Assembly (NCBI GenBank): GCA_047495785.1
Contig: JBLDXI010000023.1
Coordinates: 1,364,001-1,428,000, forward strand
From: Lepidodermella squamata
Taxonomy: Eukaryota > Animalia > Gastrotricha
Direction of reading: 5' to 3'
Length of the DNA stretch: 64,000 nt
Below the pieces are notes generated by a model. It did no database searches, was not told the DNA's origin, and saw only the letters and a list, made by a program, of their open reading frames with translations. A program made the translations under genes and the position numbers. Within the stretch, counting starts at the first letter, position 1. Every line of letters begins with the position of its first letter. Positions 47,456-60,907 of this stretch are shown one piece after another.

Positions 47456-48015
47456 GAATTGAATTGAATTCAAATATTTATTGTTCATTGATATAATATG
47501 AATAAGGGAGACGAAATAAGTGAAATATATCAATGACGCGGGGTCGCAAGATTATATGCGCTCGCCAGCGGCAGTGCGATTGTTGACACAAGTGGGCGGG
47601 GTGATGGATTATTTATCGAAGGCAGACACACATGTAAACACAGCGAGGGAGAAGGGGAGGAAGAAGAAGGGTAGAGAGAGGAGAAAGCAAAGGATAGAGG
47701 GAGAGAGAGAGGCGGCAAGGTCAGACATCGAAAGTAGGCAAAGGACCCCGAGGAAGCCTGCTGGCGATCAAGGCCAGCGGGGAACGGGGCGGAGAGGCGG
47801 AGTCGCTCGATTTCTTCTCTAAGAGGGAGAACGAACCGGACGGCATTCGCAGCACAACGGCGCTGGGTCTGCTCGAAGAAGGCAGGCAGGCTCTTCACGC
47901 CACAGCGGCGTTCCAGCTCTGAGACACGGACCCAGTCATCGCGGCGGATGTTTAGCAGGCTGCGCAGACAGTCGTTCTGAAACACATCAAGCCGCTCAGC
48001 TGCCTCCTGGGCGCG
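47456..48015 (-). mobile_element. LINE 3' fragment with tail
   Basis: RLDVFQNDCLRSLLNIRRDDWVRVSELERR; minus-strand AATAAA followed by (TTCAA)-type tail at 47456-47480. Confidence 0.82.
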
Positions 48016-48486
48016 GTATTTCATATTCAAATTATCAGACAGGCAGTTTTAGTGATAATCTTAGTTCTTAGGTGATCCTTGCGAAGAATATCGCTGAGTT
48101 GAGTGAATTTTTATGTTAGTTTAGCACTTACCAATCTTTGCGGATCTTTGGCTTAACTCAGGTTATGGCTCGAGGAATTTTACTGGAAGTTGGCATGTCG
48201 ATTCCTCAGGTTCGCAACTTTTCCCGAGTAAGGAAAAAAGTTGAAGAGAATGCTGATACCTCCTCATTTGATTTTCTTTTTGATTTTGAATTGAATTTTG
48301 GTTTCATGAATCGAGGATCTGGCGGCGTCAAATTTTTTGTAAAAATAATGAAACTGTCATCTGTCACTGATATGTCAAGCCTCATTGCAAATGCGAATAC
48401 GAATGATTAACAGGAAGTTTCGGTTGTATTGTCTGTAGGTGAATTTCCTATCTAAACACTTTGAATAATCAATTTTGTTCGACAAA

Positions 48487-49747
48487 ATGTTGCCAACCCA
48501 GCTGAAAGCCGATCAGCGCTCTTACTTGTTGAAGGTAACGCCATGAATAATGCTTCAAAATTATACTATTATTTACTAATTTCAAATCTTACTCAGTGCT
48601 TCGATTTGATGCGAAATCGTATTCTTACTAAAGATATAGCTGAGCTCATAGCGAAAAAGATTGGCACATCGGTTGTGAAAGTGCGAAACTGGTTTCACAA
48701 AAGAAGAACAGAAAAAGACGTTGATGGGAAAGCTATGAAGATCTTGCGATTGAAAAATATTCTCGGGGAAGAAAACAACGAATTGTTGATGCTCGAAGTG
48801 AAAAATGATCCTAAACTGAGCAAGGGCAGACAGCAGATGCTGTCACGACGATTCGGCTTGACTGAGAGCCAGGTTGAACGATTCTTCCGCAAGCATCGAA
48901 GCCAACGAAGGGCACGTGTTCAATTGAAGTTGACATCCCATCTAATTGAAGAATTCGAGAAGGTTAAAACGAGGAGCGCTATTTGTTTTATCTGGTGGTT
49001 GATTTTTTTTACAGAAATTCAAGCAGAATCCTGGCGCTTCAAAGAAAAGGTGCCGCGAAATGGCTGAATCCTTGGGCATAACAGTTAATCAGGCCACACG
49101 CCTTGTCTTAAAGCGACGAGCCCAAGTGGGATTACGTGGTAGAAAAGCAAAATCTGAATCAATTAGATTTACGAATTTTCAGCTGGCGGAACTACAGAAA
49201 GCATTCCATTCAACAATGGCAAGGGGCGACAGATTTGACGATGCACTTTATGGAAGTTTGGCTGAACAAACCGGATTGAGAAGGTATTGGGTCAGGAATT
49301 GGTTTGTTACCAAGCGCAAATCTGTTGGCCTCGGAAAGCGATTAGCTCTTGATCAAAACACTGCCTGCGTTTTAAATGCTGTGTTCACCCTTGGTGGAAG
49401 GTTGAAATATTCCAGATGTATTATTCTTCAGGATGGCCGAGCGCAACTGACCTGGGAACAGCGACTTGTTCTGGAGAAGGTGGTTTTATTAGTTTGAAGA
49501 GTTGGAGATATTTATTAGCTTCATTATGCTAATAATTTAGGAGTATGAAACCTCCAAATTCGTAAAGCACGTGCAAGCTGAACGCCTAGCTGCCTCAATC
49601 GGATATCCCACCGAGAAGGCAATAACGTTTACACTTTATTTCCGAGTTCTTTCTTTATTCCTTTCATTTTTGTAGATAAAGAAGTGGTTCAGCTCGAAAA
49701 GAGAGAATGAAAAAAAGAAACAGAAGAAAGAAGCATTAGGTTTGTGA
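48487..49747 (+). CDS. Multi-homeodomain copy M, five-HD variant (HD1-4 plus HD7; open, ~325 aa)
   Basis: Exons 48487-48534, 48597-48962, 49015-49380, 49432-49479, 49541-49618 (GC donor), 49676-49747. Exons 4 and 5 have collapsed into one 16-codon exon. Confidence 0.75.
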
Positions 49748-50663
49748 ACATCATGGTTTCTCCTGTAATATTTTGAAGCTAACATCGAATTTCACAACTG
49801 CTGTTTCCACAACTTTGACTTGACATTAGTTTTGAACAGCGCAGGTAAATAAGACTGGTATTTTATTTCCTGGGTAGGTCTTTTGAAGCATGATGAATTC
49901 TGAATTCGCATCAAACGAGATTAGGTAACAAATTCATACGAGCTGTTCTATTGCTTATCAAAGGTAATATTTCCGATATATATCGAAATGGCTAATGGAA
50001 TGTTAACGTAGGTTGGCATGTCAATTCAGCAGATTCAAAATTGGGCCTCCTTGAACGGCTCTGGTTGCGAGCAGTATCGAACCTCGAAGAATTTCGGAAT
50101 GCCGTCGAAGGCGCAAATGAAGGGTGAACGCAGAGGAAGGGTGGGCCATGTCGAGGTCCTCGCACAGCGGCAGCTCGAAGCTCGAATTGGGCAGCAGTGT
50201 AGGCGTACCTCGGTGGTACACTTGACAATGAAAGACCCGACGCTGGGAACACGAACTCCGTCCTCGTTCCTCACGGTGGACGTTACAACGAGCAATCGAT
50301 CTGTAAAATATAGGCTGACGAAATACAGACGAGGCCGAAGGCCCAGTTAGAGCGAACAGGGGTAAGATAAAGAGTCCGGCGCCAGGATAAGAGTAAAAGT
50401 TCAACAACGCAGAGTTTGGGCCTAAAGGTGCCTCTCGAATGCTTGTATATTTGAATAAAAAAATCTGCTGCGGAAAAAAGTAAAATCTGCTGCTGACAAA
50501 GGAGCTATCAATCGAATTCGCCTTCTGCAGAATTTTATCGGCCACCCTTTAGAAGCATAGCTGGGAATTCGGATTCAATATAAAAGATTAAAAAAAGGTT
50601 TCGGTTGCGTTAACCTGTAGGAGAATTTCTCAAATCTTTGAATAACCAATACTGTTTGACATC

Positions 50664-52336
50664 ATGTTGCTAACCCAGCTTAAAGCCGACCAGGTCTCTT
50701 ACTTGATGAAGGTACCGCCAAGAACAATGTTAATATTTTCGCTGTGATTGTTTGCTAATTTCAACTCTTGCCAGGGCTTCGATTTGTTGCGAAAGCGCAA
50801 CCTTACAAAGGAGATGGCTGGGTTCATAGCGAAAAAGATTGGCACATCAGTTGGCAAAGTTCGAAACTGGTTTCACAATAGAAGAAGGAAAGGAGGTGCA
50901 GGGAAAACTAAGAAGATTTGGCGATTTGAAGATATTCTCGGGGAAGAAAAAAACAAGCTGTTGGCGTCTGAGGTGAAACATAATCCCAAGTAATTCAAAG
51001 CGAGAAGGCAGCTGCTGGCGCGAGAATTCGGACTGACAGAGCGTCAAGTTGAGAATTTCTTCTCGAAGCATCGTATCCAACAGAACACATTCGTTCGCGT
51101 GAAGTTGACACAGCAACAGAAGAAAATATTTAACAAGGTTAGTTGTGAAGCGACGCTAAGTAGAAACAGCCAAAATTGTAATTTTATTTATTTTTTCGAC
51201 TTCTCACTTTCCCGGATACTCTAGAATTTTATCTGATTGTTTCTCAGGAATTCCTACAGAACGCAAGCACGTCATACCATAGACTTTGCGAGATCGCCGA
51301 GATTGTGGGCATAACATTCAATCAAGCCAGACGTCTTGTCACTATAGGAAGAGAGCAAATGGGAATCCGTCGCGAAATGGAAACGTCAGAATCAATTGGA
51401 CTCACTAATTGCCAACTGGCTGAACTGCAGGAAGCATTCCAGTCAACAATGCTGACGGGCGAAAGCTTTGACAATGCCCTCTATAGAGGTTTGGCAAAGA
51501 AAACTGGATTGAAAAGGACTGTGGTCAAGAATTGGCTCTCTAACCGGCGCAAATCAGTTGGCTTCGCAAGGAAGCAAGAAACTCTCCATCACAGCATTAT
51601 CGGCGCTCTAAATGCTGTGAGTTTTGAGGAAACGTCCTAATGATACAAGTGAAAGCTTTTATCTCAGGAATTCGCTGTATCGAGCCGGATGGAAAACCAC
51701 AGACTGCATGCAATAGCCGAAAATTTTGGATTGACTTTCGCACAGATTAGAAATTTTTTCGCTAATACGCGAAGGCACTTAAGGACAGCGAGAAATGAGC
51801 AATCCTGTAGCCGCAAACTGAAACGTGGCCAACGAAATGCGTTGACTGAGGTTTGATGGAGCTTGCAAATTATAATCTATGCTCTTTCATTATTCGTTCA
51901 GGAATTCAATGCGAATCCTGATTTACAGGAAATCGGAATAACTCGTATTGCTGAAAGACTGGAAATCCCTTTTGATACTGTAAAACGTTTCTTCAAAATC
52001 CACCGTGCTAAAGGCACTGGCCGTGGTAAAATTCGGGTGACCTGGGAGCAGCGGCTTATTCTAGAAAAGGTGACTGACTAGATTATTTTGAATATTGCTT
52101 TGTTACATATTTGTGATTCAATCGGTTCAGGAGTTTCGAAACTCCAAATTCGCAACACGCGAGCAAGCTGAACGCCTAGCTACATCGATGGGGTTTTCGA
52201 CCGAGAAGGCAAAATATAGCTTGCACTGATTTTTGCTGAAAAATCTTTTAAATCAATTGTTTAGATAACGAGGTGGTTCGCTTGGAAACGGTCGTTCGAA
52301 AAACAGAAACCGAAGAAAGAAGCAATCGCTTCATGA
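50664..52336 (+). pseudogene. Multi-homeodomain copy N, nonsense codon in exon 2
   Basis: TAA at 50991-50993; the other exons appear open with intact splice sites. Confidence 0.8.
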
Positions 52337-54201
52337 TCATCATTGTTTCTCGTGCTATACTGTTGTTAATTTCACATCTCACGCTAAATGACTACCAGGC
52401 GCGAGTTGTAAGTTGTAAGTTGTAAGCAACTTGATCTCTTTTTTATTTGAGATTTAGGAATTCGTTTGACTATATACCCATATTCACGACAATTATTTGG
52501 AAAGAATGTGGGCTTGCAGCAATACAAATCTAGCAACAGGTAAATATTAGAAAGCATCTACAGAAAACATCTCAAATAAAAAAGGAAAATGGTCGCAAAT
52601 TCTTCGCGCTATTGTTCATACAGTGTGTCCGCGAAATACGCTTATTTTGTCCCTTGTCCCCTTATTCATCAATGAACAATAAATGTTTGAATTTAGAATT
52701 TACGCACCTATTTTTAGACTTGCAAGGCTAGTCACAGATGTTGCTCAAGGCGTGTGACTTTTACGGCTAGTTTTCAAATATAACGGTTTTCTCGCACGTG
52801 CCACTTTGAAAAAAGCAGGATAGTTTTTACGAGTGTGCTATTATTTGCACCCACACGCGGGTGCATCCGATTTGCTAGCTACACCCTGAAGGTGCAACCA
52901 TTTTGCTCGCTACACCCTATACAAGCAATAAGGAATTGGGGAAAAGCCGGCTGTCGGTGCGGCGAGGTGTACAGAAGCACTTAAACAACGGCAATTGCGA
53001 TTAAGCTAGATTACGCACCTGGGATGACTTAGCAGTTAACACAATGGGGGTGACTTTGACGTGCCAGAATTGGGTGACTTTTGGCATGCCAAAAATCGGA
53101 GATAGTAAGATAAGAACCCCGTGAGCAGGGTACCATTGGATAACCCGAAGAAAGGCCAGCCTGGATGTGCATAATGCGCATCTTAACAACCTTGTCTGGG
53201 AAATGGAAGAAAAGTCGTGAAATTTTTTAATTTCTATATTAATATTAATTAAGTTTTTCGATTTGCACTGGAAATCAGCTTGCGTGCGCGCATTCAGCCC
53301 TATGTTCAAGGCCTCGAAAACGCGACTCATGACACTGATCAGCGGCACCGGGCAGATTAGTAACTCATTAGCGCGCAATAAATGGCTCTTTAGCCGCCGC
53401 GCGCGGTCAAGTGGGTGTAGCATAGCGCAGCCTGTTTTTCCTACAAAAGTGGGTTTTATTTTACGCAAATTTTTGTTAATCAAGTCGCTGTTAATTCTTA
53501 AAGATAATTTTATCTCATCTAAATAGTTATCGGAAAAATAAAATAAGAGTAACGCGACCTTGACTAGCCGTTGCCATGGTAACGGGCGACGCCGCCGTAA
53601 ACATTTCTCGAGTTCTAGATTCAACCAGCAAACCAAGGTCTGAACTCGGGTTTTGATGCATTTTAATGCTGTTTTTTCTTGGCAGCAATCGGAGATACGC
53701 TCATTCTACCTGCTTGTCACTTCAAACCAGGTTACGGAAGGTTCTAAAATGGAACTAACAGGTTCCAGCGATCAAGAATAACTGAAAACTGAAGGAAATG
53801 AACCCAAGTGATGTTTCATGCAAGAATTTGCTAAGGCTTCATAGAGCAAAGTCGAGGCTTTTTGAAGGCAATTGAGTAAAATTATGAAAACTTTATTGAT
53901 AGTCATGTTTAAAAGCAGTTCGAGCTAAAAAGGATCACAATCAAACGAGGGTTGCGAGATGAGCTACGAAGCAACGAACAATCGAGTTTGAAGTTCGACA
54001 AAGTCTGAGAAACTTCGGGCGGACGTGCAGCATAATTTGTGATGTAACAAGACGAGGGATTACACTACTTGCTGGTCTTCGAAGCTGGGCGAATCGAGTT
54101 AGATCCACTTTCGGCAGATTCCTCAAGATAGCTCTGGGTGATCGAAGGTTCGAATAAAGCTTAAACTGATTTTTTCATCGAAAATGTTCTTGATTGTTCA
54201 G

Positions 54202-54265
54202 GTAAAGATGTGGTTCAATTTGAAACGGTTCTTTGAAAAGCAGAAACGGAAAAAAGAAAGATCGG
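54202..54265 (+). pseudogene. Orphan exon 7 remnant fused to the upstream module
   Basis: ttcag|VKMWFNLKRFFEKQKRKKE. Confidence 0.7.
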
Positions 54266-54618
54266 TCGACTCACTCGAGAAATGGCTCGAAGAATCTCAC
54301 TGGAGGTTCGATGACCCCTGGGTTCACATTTGGTTCCGAGCAAATCGGAGAGAAGTTCCTCATTTAGAATTCCTTCAACAATTTAGGAACTGGTGGCATT
54401 TAATGTTTTGGTAGGGTAATAATTGAAAATTTCTGTTGTCTCTGATTTTTGGCCTTTACAGATGCGAATGATTCAATTTGAATCATTCGCATATCAATGC
54501 GCATATCAATGGACAATAAATATTTGAATTTAGAATGATTAAAGGAAAGTTTCGGCTAAGTTTTCTATAGGTGAATTTCTTATCTGTACACTTTGAGTAA
54601 TCAATTCTGTTTAACAAC

Positions 54619-56688
54619 ATGTCTCCAACCCAACTTATAGCCGGTCAGCGTCAGAGACTTTGATTTGATTGTGATTTGATTTGATTTAGGTCATTTTTGG
54701 ATGATTTGACTTACTGATGATTTGATTTACAAAATTTCAAGATGATTTGATTTGCAAATGATTTAGCCCGCTTAATTTACTGATGATTTAGAGTATTCAA
54801 CACTCTCGGAACTCCCCCTGTTGCTAAACATGAGAACTGATATTTGACTCGAAAACCTTTTTTCCAAAATGTCTGGAGCAATTCAACTACTTGTAGACGC
54901 ATTCTGCTATAACCAACCTTAAAATGTGAAAGAATCTCTCGAAAATACCCTAATACTCATATTTCGCTGGGCGAAAGATTTGATTGATTTACCATGGATT
55001 TTTGGGTGATTTGATTTTAAATGATTGATTTTACAAGACCTGTGATTTACTGAAGAAATCAAATCAAATCAAAGTCACTGGTCAGCGTTCTTACTTGTTG
55101 AAGGTACCGCCAAGAACAATATTATTATATTTTTATACTGTTATTACTAATTTCAACTCTTGATAAGTGCTTTGATTTGTTGCAAAATCGCAACCCTTCA
55201 AAGGATATGGCCGAGCTCATCGCGAAGACGATTGGCACATCAGTTGTTCAAAATTGGTTTTACACCAGAAGAAAAAATATATTTAAAGAGAAAACTTCGA
55301 AGATTTGGCGATTTGAAGATATTCTCGGCGAAAAAAAAAACGAAATGTTGATGCTGGAAGTGAAAAATGATCATAAACTGAGCAAAGGTAGAAGGCAGAT
55401 GCTGGCGCGACGATTCGGCTTGACAGAGAAGCAGGTTGATGGGTTCTTCTGCAAGCATCGAAGCCAACGAAGGGCATACGTTCGCTTGAAGTTGACATCC
55501 CAGCAAAATGAAAACTTTGAGAAGGTTAAACTGAGAAGTGCTATTTGCCTAATCTGGTGATGATTGATTTTCTAAAGGAATTTGAGCTGAATCCTGCCGC
55601 TTCAGATCAAAGATGCCGCGAAGTGGCTGAAGCTGTTGGCATATCATTCAGTCAGGCCCAACGCCTTATTTTAAAACGGCGAGCCAAAGGTGGAATCCGC
55701 AGTTATACAGCGAAATCTGAGTCCTTTCGAGTCACGGATCCTCAACTCGCAAATCTAGAGGAAGCATTCCTGTCAACAGTAATGAATGACGATAGGTTTG
55801 ACAATGCTCTCTTTCAAAGATTGGCCAATAAAACCGGATTGAGAAAGTACGTGGTCAGGAATTGGTTTATTACCCGGCGCAAATCTTTTGGACTCGGGAA
55901 GAAACGATTAAATCTCGATCAAGCCAGTGTCTGCGTTTTAAATGCCGTGAGTTTACCTTTGATGGAAAGTTGAAATGTTTCAGAAGTATTGTTCTTCAGG
56001 AGTTCGCTGAATCGAGCCGACTGGAGGACGGCAGAGCGCTAGCGATTGCGGAAAAGTTGGGATTAACATCAGAAGTGGTTAAAAAACTTTTCGTTATGAA
56101 GCGGAATCTACTGAGAACTGCGACAAATAAGCCGTCCCGTCGTCCGAGACTGAAACTTGACCAGCGAAATGCCCTGAATGAGGTGAGAAAAGGCCGTTTT
56201 CAAATCTATAACGTTTAATGATCATTTTTTGTTCAGGAATTCAATAACAATCCAGATCTACAGCAAGCTGAGAAAATTCGTTTGACTGAAAGACTGGGAA
56301 TCGCATTAAATACTGTGAAACGTTTCTTCAACCGTGCTAAAGCTCGAGGTTCAGGAAAAAGTCGGAAAAAAATCGACCCGACCTGGGAGCAGCGGCTTCA
56401 TCTAGAAAAGGTATTGGCTCGAAAAGCTTGAAAATTGAGCTGGTTCCTTTGCTTAATGACTGTGATTCAATTTATTTAGGAGTTTAAAACCTGCAAATTC
56501 GTAACTCACCAGCAAGCTGAGCGCCTATCGACTTCAATTGGATACCCAACTGTGAAGGCAATAAAGCTTCCCTTCCATTTCTGAGATCATTTTTATTTCT
56601 CTTCCTTTTTGTATAGATAAAAGAGTGGTTCAGGTCGAAGCGGAAGCATGGAAAAACGAAACAGAAGGAAAATGCACTCGGTTCATGA
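54619..56688 (+). pseudogene. Multi-homeodomain copy O, exon 1 disrupted by a hAT MITE; exons 2-7 appear open
   Basis: Exon 1 split at GTCAGCGT; downstream exons and the GC-AG intron are intact. Confidence 0.78.
54652..55080. mobile_element. hAT-type MITE (429 bp)
   Basis: TIR CAG(A/T)GACTTTGATTTGATT, 8-bp TSD GTCAGCGT, internal GATTT repeats. Confidence 0.9.
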
Positions 56689-56929
56689 TGTTTTTCTTAT
56701 GTTGTAATTTTAATTAGCCTGACTTCCCTAGCTATTTCCTCTGATATTGGGTTGTTCACCCCGCTGATATGACATTAGTTTTGAACTTTGAACAACACAA
56801 AGCCGTTAATTTCAGAATGCCAGAGAATCGTGGTTTGAAGTTTAGTGAATTTACTTTTTAAATTTATCGAAATTGGAAAGACCTTAACCCTATTATTTGA
56901 AGCCGATGATTCCCACCTTAGCATGGCGA

Positions 56930-57362
56930 AGTCATCGGGATCGTCAAGTCGTCGTCAATTGCGTGGTGCCGCAAGGTACCTCGTTGTCGTCGCTTCTTTT
57001 TATACTATACACCGCCGATTTGCTGTCCGCCCCAAGCGTGGATGGCCCGTTGCTGCAGGCCTACGCGGACGATCTAACTGTCGTCGGCGAGAGTGGCACG
57101 TTCCCTGCTGCTCAGCGTCGCCTCCAATTGGAGATCACCGTATTTCAGGTTGTGCTACGAAGTGGCGCCGGCAGTTTAATCTCGCGTAGAACGAAATTAT
57201 GCTCTTTGGTAATGCGTCCGTCGATGTTCGGCTCAACGGAGCCATGATCCCGCAAGTCGGGTCGATACGTGTTCTCGGTGTTCACTTGGACCCTAAACTG
57301 ACGTGGAAAGTTCATTTGGACATGATCTCTGACCGCTGCCGCAGGAATCTGGGTATTTTCAA
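56930..57362 (+). mobile_element. LINE family A RT fragment
   Basis: VPQGTSLSSLLF...QAYADDLTVV...VLGVHLDPKLTW. Confidence 0.85.
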
Positions 57363-57468
57363 CTTTGAGAAATGGCGATTTTAATCGTTCAATTTTGGGA
57401 TTCGCTTGTAGATGATTTACTGGAATTTTCCAATACCCGACTTAAACAACTAAATTTTCTTTGGCATC

Positions 57469-58659
57469 ATGTCGAATACTAAATTTAATGCAGATCAGGT
57501 CTCTTACTTGAACAAGGTAACGCCAAGACCATGCTTTGAACAGATATTTTCATTTCAATTACTTACTCAGTGGTTTAAGTTTATGTGAAAGCGCAAACTT
57601 ACCAGGGATATCGCTGAGTTGATAGCGAAAAAGATTGGCACATCGGTTGGTAAAGTTCAAAACTGGTTCCGCACAAAAAGAAGTAAAGAAGTTGAAGAGA
57701 AGATGATTGTGCGATTTAAAGATATTCTCGGGGAAGAAAAAAACGAGTTGCTAGCGTCGGAGGTGAAACATAATTCCAAGTTGGTCAAAGAGAGAAAACA
57801 GCTGCTCGCACGAGAATTTGGCCTTACAGAGCGCCAGATTGAAAATTTCTTCCGCAAGCATCGCGTCCAACAGAACACATGCGTTCGCACGAAGTTAACA
57901 CAGCAGCAGAAGGAAATATTCAAGAAGGTTTGTTGCAAAGCGATATGCCAGAAACAAGCCAAAGTTTTCAGTTCATTTATAGTTTATTTCTTTACCCTTT
58001 ATTTTCCCAGATACTTTGGTACAACTATTTTTAATTTGATATTTTTTCATCAGGAATTCCTGCAAAATGCAAGCGCGTCACGTCATAGATTCCGAGAAAT
58101 CGCCGGGATTGTTGGCATAACATTAAATCAGGCCAGATATCTTGTCGCTACAGGACGAGCGCAAGTGGGAATCCGCTGTAGAAGAACAAAATCTGAATCC
58201 ATCAGATTCACTGATTGCCAACTGGCAGAACTACAGGAAGCATTCCAGTCAACAATGGTGAGGGGCGACAGCTTTGACGATGTCCTCTATAGAGGTTTGG
58301 CAAAGAAAACTGGATTGCAAAAGACTGTGGTCAAGAATTGGATTTCTAACCGGCCTAAATCAGCTGGCTTCACAAAGAAACAAGAAACTCTCGATCACAG
58401 CAGTATCTGCGCTCTAAATGCTGTGAGTTTCGATGAAATGACGTTTTAGTGATCGATATAAGCTTTGTCCTAATAGGAATTTGCTGTGTCGAGTCGAATG
58501 GAAGACGGCAGAGTGTAAGCAATTGCTGAAAAGCTTGGATTGACTTTCAGACAGGTTAAAAATTTCTTTGCTACTAAGCGAAGGCACTTAAGGACTGCGA
58601 GAAATGAGCAATCCCGTTGCCGCAAACTGAAACTTGACCAACGAAATGCTATTCCTGAG
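57469..58659 (+). pseudogene. Multi-homeodomain copy P, pseudogene truncated after exon 4
   Basis: Near-identical to copy I; TGA early in exon 2 and TAA in exon 4. Confidence 0.85.
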
Positions 58660-58954
58660 GTATGAGGATTTTCCCGCTGATTCCGAATATCTAATTTGTT
58701 TTTTGGAAGTCTGAATAACTGGTGATGGCGACATAAGTGTGCGCGGGAAGTCGTGAATGTTTTGCAGCCCTGGGTTTTTAACCAATTGGACCATGATGAT
58801 CACGAATTAAAAATGCGCCGACCTCGGGTCCTTGTTTAAACACTTTAATCCCCTTAACAACCAAACTGCTTAATCAAAAGTGCATAAATTCAAAGTCGTC
58901 TACATTATGCGCACTGTTACAACGTAACCACATGGATTAGCGCGCGCAACTGAG

Positions 58955-59530
58955 TATTGCTTGGAGTAATAGTACATGGGGTGAGGACTCGCTTTATCAG
59001 CGCCCACTATCAGTCAGCAAAGGGTGAGTGGCGCAGTGGGGCGCCCGCATTGTTCTCGCTGCATTGTTACCTTGTGCGCGCGCGCATTTTTTAAACATTA
59101 ACGCGTTGTTTCTCCGGAACCGTGCATCGCATTGACACCGTTTTTTGATGTAGGGATAGAGTTAATGAATAACTATCACTATACAAATTTTTATGACGGT
59201 AGGATTTACCGTTGAGAAATAAACGGTACCACAAGTTTTTGCATTGCGCGGCAGCATTGAAATCACAGGCGCGCGCGTATTTTCACATTTGCTCCACAGT
59301 CCTGGGTCAGGATAAAATAATTTTTAGATGTAGGGATGCGTCACATTCTCTATTACCTTCATTCCAAAGCCCAACTCACTATCATAAAAATTGGCTGAAA
59401 AATGGTACCAACGTGCTGTCGTTTCTTCATCTCGCGCGCGCGAGTGAGGCAGGCGGCGGGCCCCCGTCGTGCGCGCGATATGATCTCTATAATAGGCGAG
59501 TCCTCACTCCATGTCTATTCCTCCAAGGAG
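58955..59530. repeat. Foldback-like non-coding element
   Basis: ttggagtaatagtacatggggtgaggactcgc (~58961) is inverted at gcgagtcctcactccatgtctattcctccaa (~59496); GCGCGC-rich. Confidence 0.55.
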
Positions 59531-59721
59531 TATTGGCTCAATTCCGGACCCCGCTTAGTTTCGTGCGCGACGCCCACAATGATTGCGCAATCAGACGGTA
59601 AAAGTGGATTGTGCGCGAACGCCGAGTCGAAATTAATGTAAATTTCAGTGCCGCGCGCGCTACTGTCAAAAGGTTAGTTTTTATAATTTAGGCGGTTTTT
59701 ATACCAAAATAAAGGTCAGAC

Positions 59722-59918
59722 CAGTGACTTTGATTTGATTTGATTTGATTTATTCAGTAAATCACAGGTCTTTGTAAATCAATCATTTCAAATCAAATCC
59801 CCCAAAAATCGATAGTAAATCAATCAAATCAAATCATCAGGCCCGTTTAAATCAAATCAAATCAAATCTTTAGCATAGGGCAGTGGTTCCCAAACTTTTT
59901 GTCTGGTAGGACACAGTA
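59722..59918. mobile_element. Partial copy of the hAT MITE followed by another hAT-like terminus
   Basis: cagtgactttgatttgattt... at 59722 matches the 55080 end; CAGTGGTTCCCAAACT at 59881 resembles Charlie-type hAT ends. Confidence 0.65.
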
Positions 59919-60907
59919 CACTCACAGGCAATTTACGCTTAATCTCTATTTACGGGTAAAATTTGAGCGCGTTTACGGGTAAAACCTCTCAATAAAAATG
60001 ACGCGTAAATATTGCCTAATTTTACGCTTAAATATCTTTTACGCTTCAATATTGACCTAAATTTACGCGTTAATATCCCGACTAGGCAGACATTAACGCG
60101 TAAACCCTCAATCAAACGTTATTATTGATATTATTCTGAAATGAATCTCGGGAAAATTCCTCTACTTGCGCACATGAGGAATAAACTCAACAAAAAGACC
60201 ATTGATTATACGAAGCGTGTTTTATTTCAGGTTAAACGTGGTATTTGAATTTTTTCTTAATTAATTTTCCAGCGAGTTTCTAGGTTTAATTAATATGTTG
60301 TTTTGTTTAATAAAAATGCATTAAAATACAAGAGAGATTTTTTACATTTTTGCTTCATAATTTGAAATCCTTCGATGAGCGCACGTTTCATACAAAATAT
60401 AGGTGATGATACACGAAATCAAAGGAAGAATGAGAAAGAATGAGGAGAAGTCACAACGGGAAGAAGAAGACACATGTAGTAGTATACAGAGATATTATTA
60501 TTCTCGATTAAAAAATTGAATATTTACAATTTGAATTTTTCCCTAACAAAAAGGCTTATATAATAACAGCATAAATACAGTATGATACAATAATATTATG
60601 GAGGAGACGCGACCACATGGAAAATACACCGCTCAAAACAGAAAAATATTTACACTAGACGCCATAAAACATAAAGCATGAAACGGAATAACAATGTTTA
60701 TTGTCACTGGATAAATTAAGGCGTTGAATTTCGTTGAATATAGTTTGAAGAGGAGTGTTCGGAAGATTATTTTGCAAAAACGATTCGAGCTAACAACTAA
60801 TAAATTGGAAGCAACGAGAGTTTAGAAATCAGCGAAATTATTTTGAACTATCGGATGTATGTTGTGTACTATTTGGATAATATGAGACGAACATGAGGCA
60901 AAAACAG

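Noticed and set aside
53001-53636. 211-aa minus-strand ORF
   Set aside because: No recognisable motifs, non-ATG start and repeat-like context; likely spurious.
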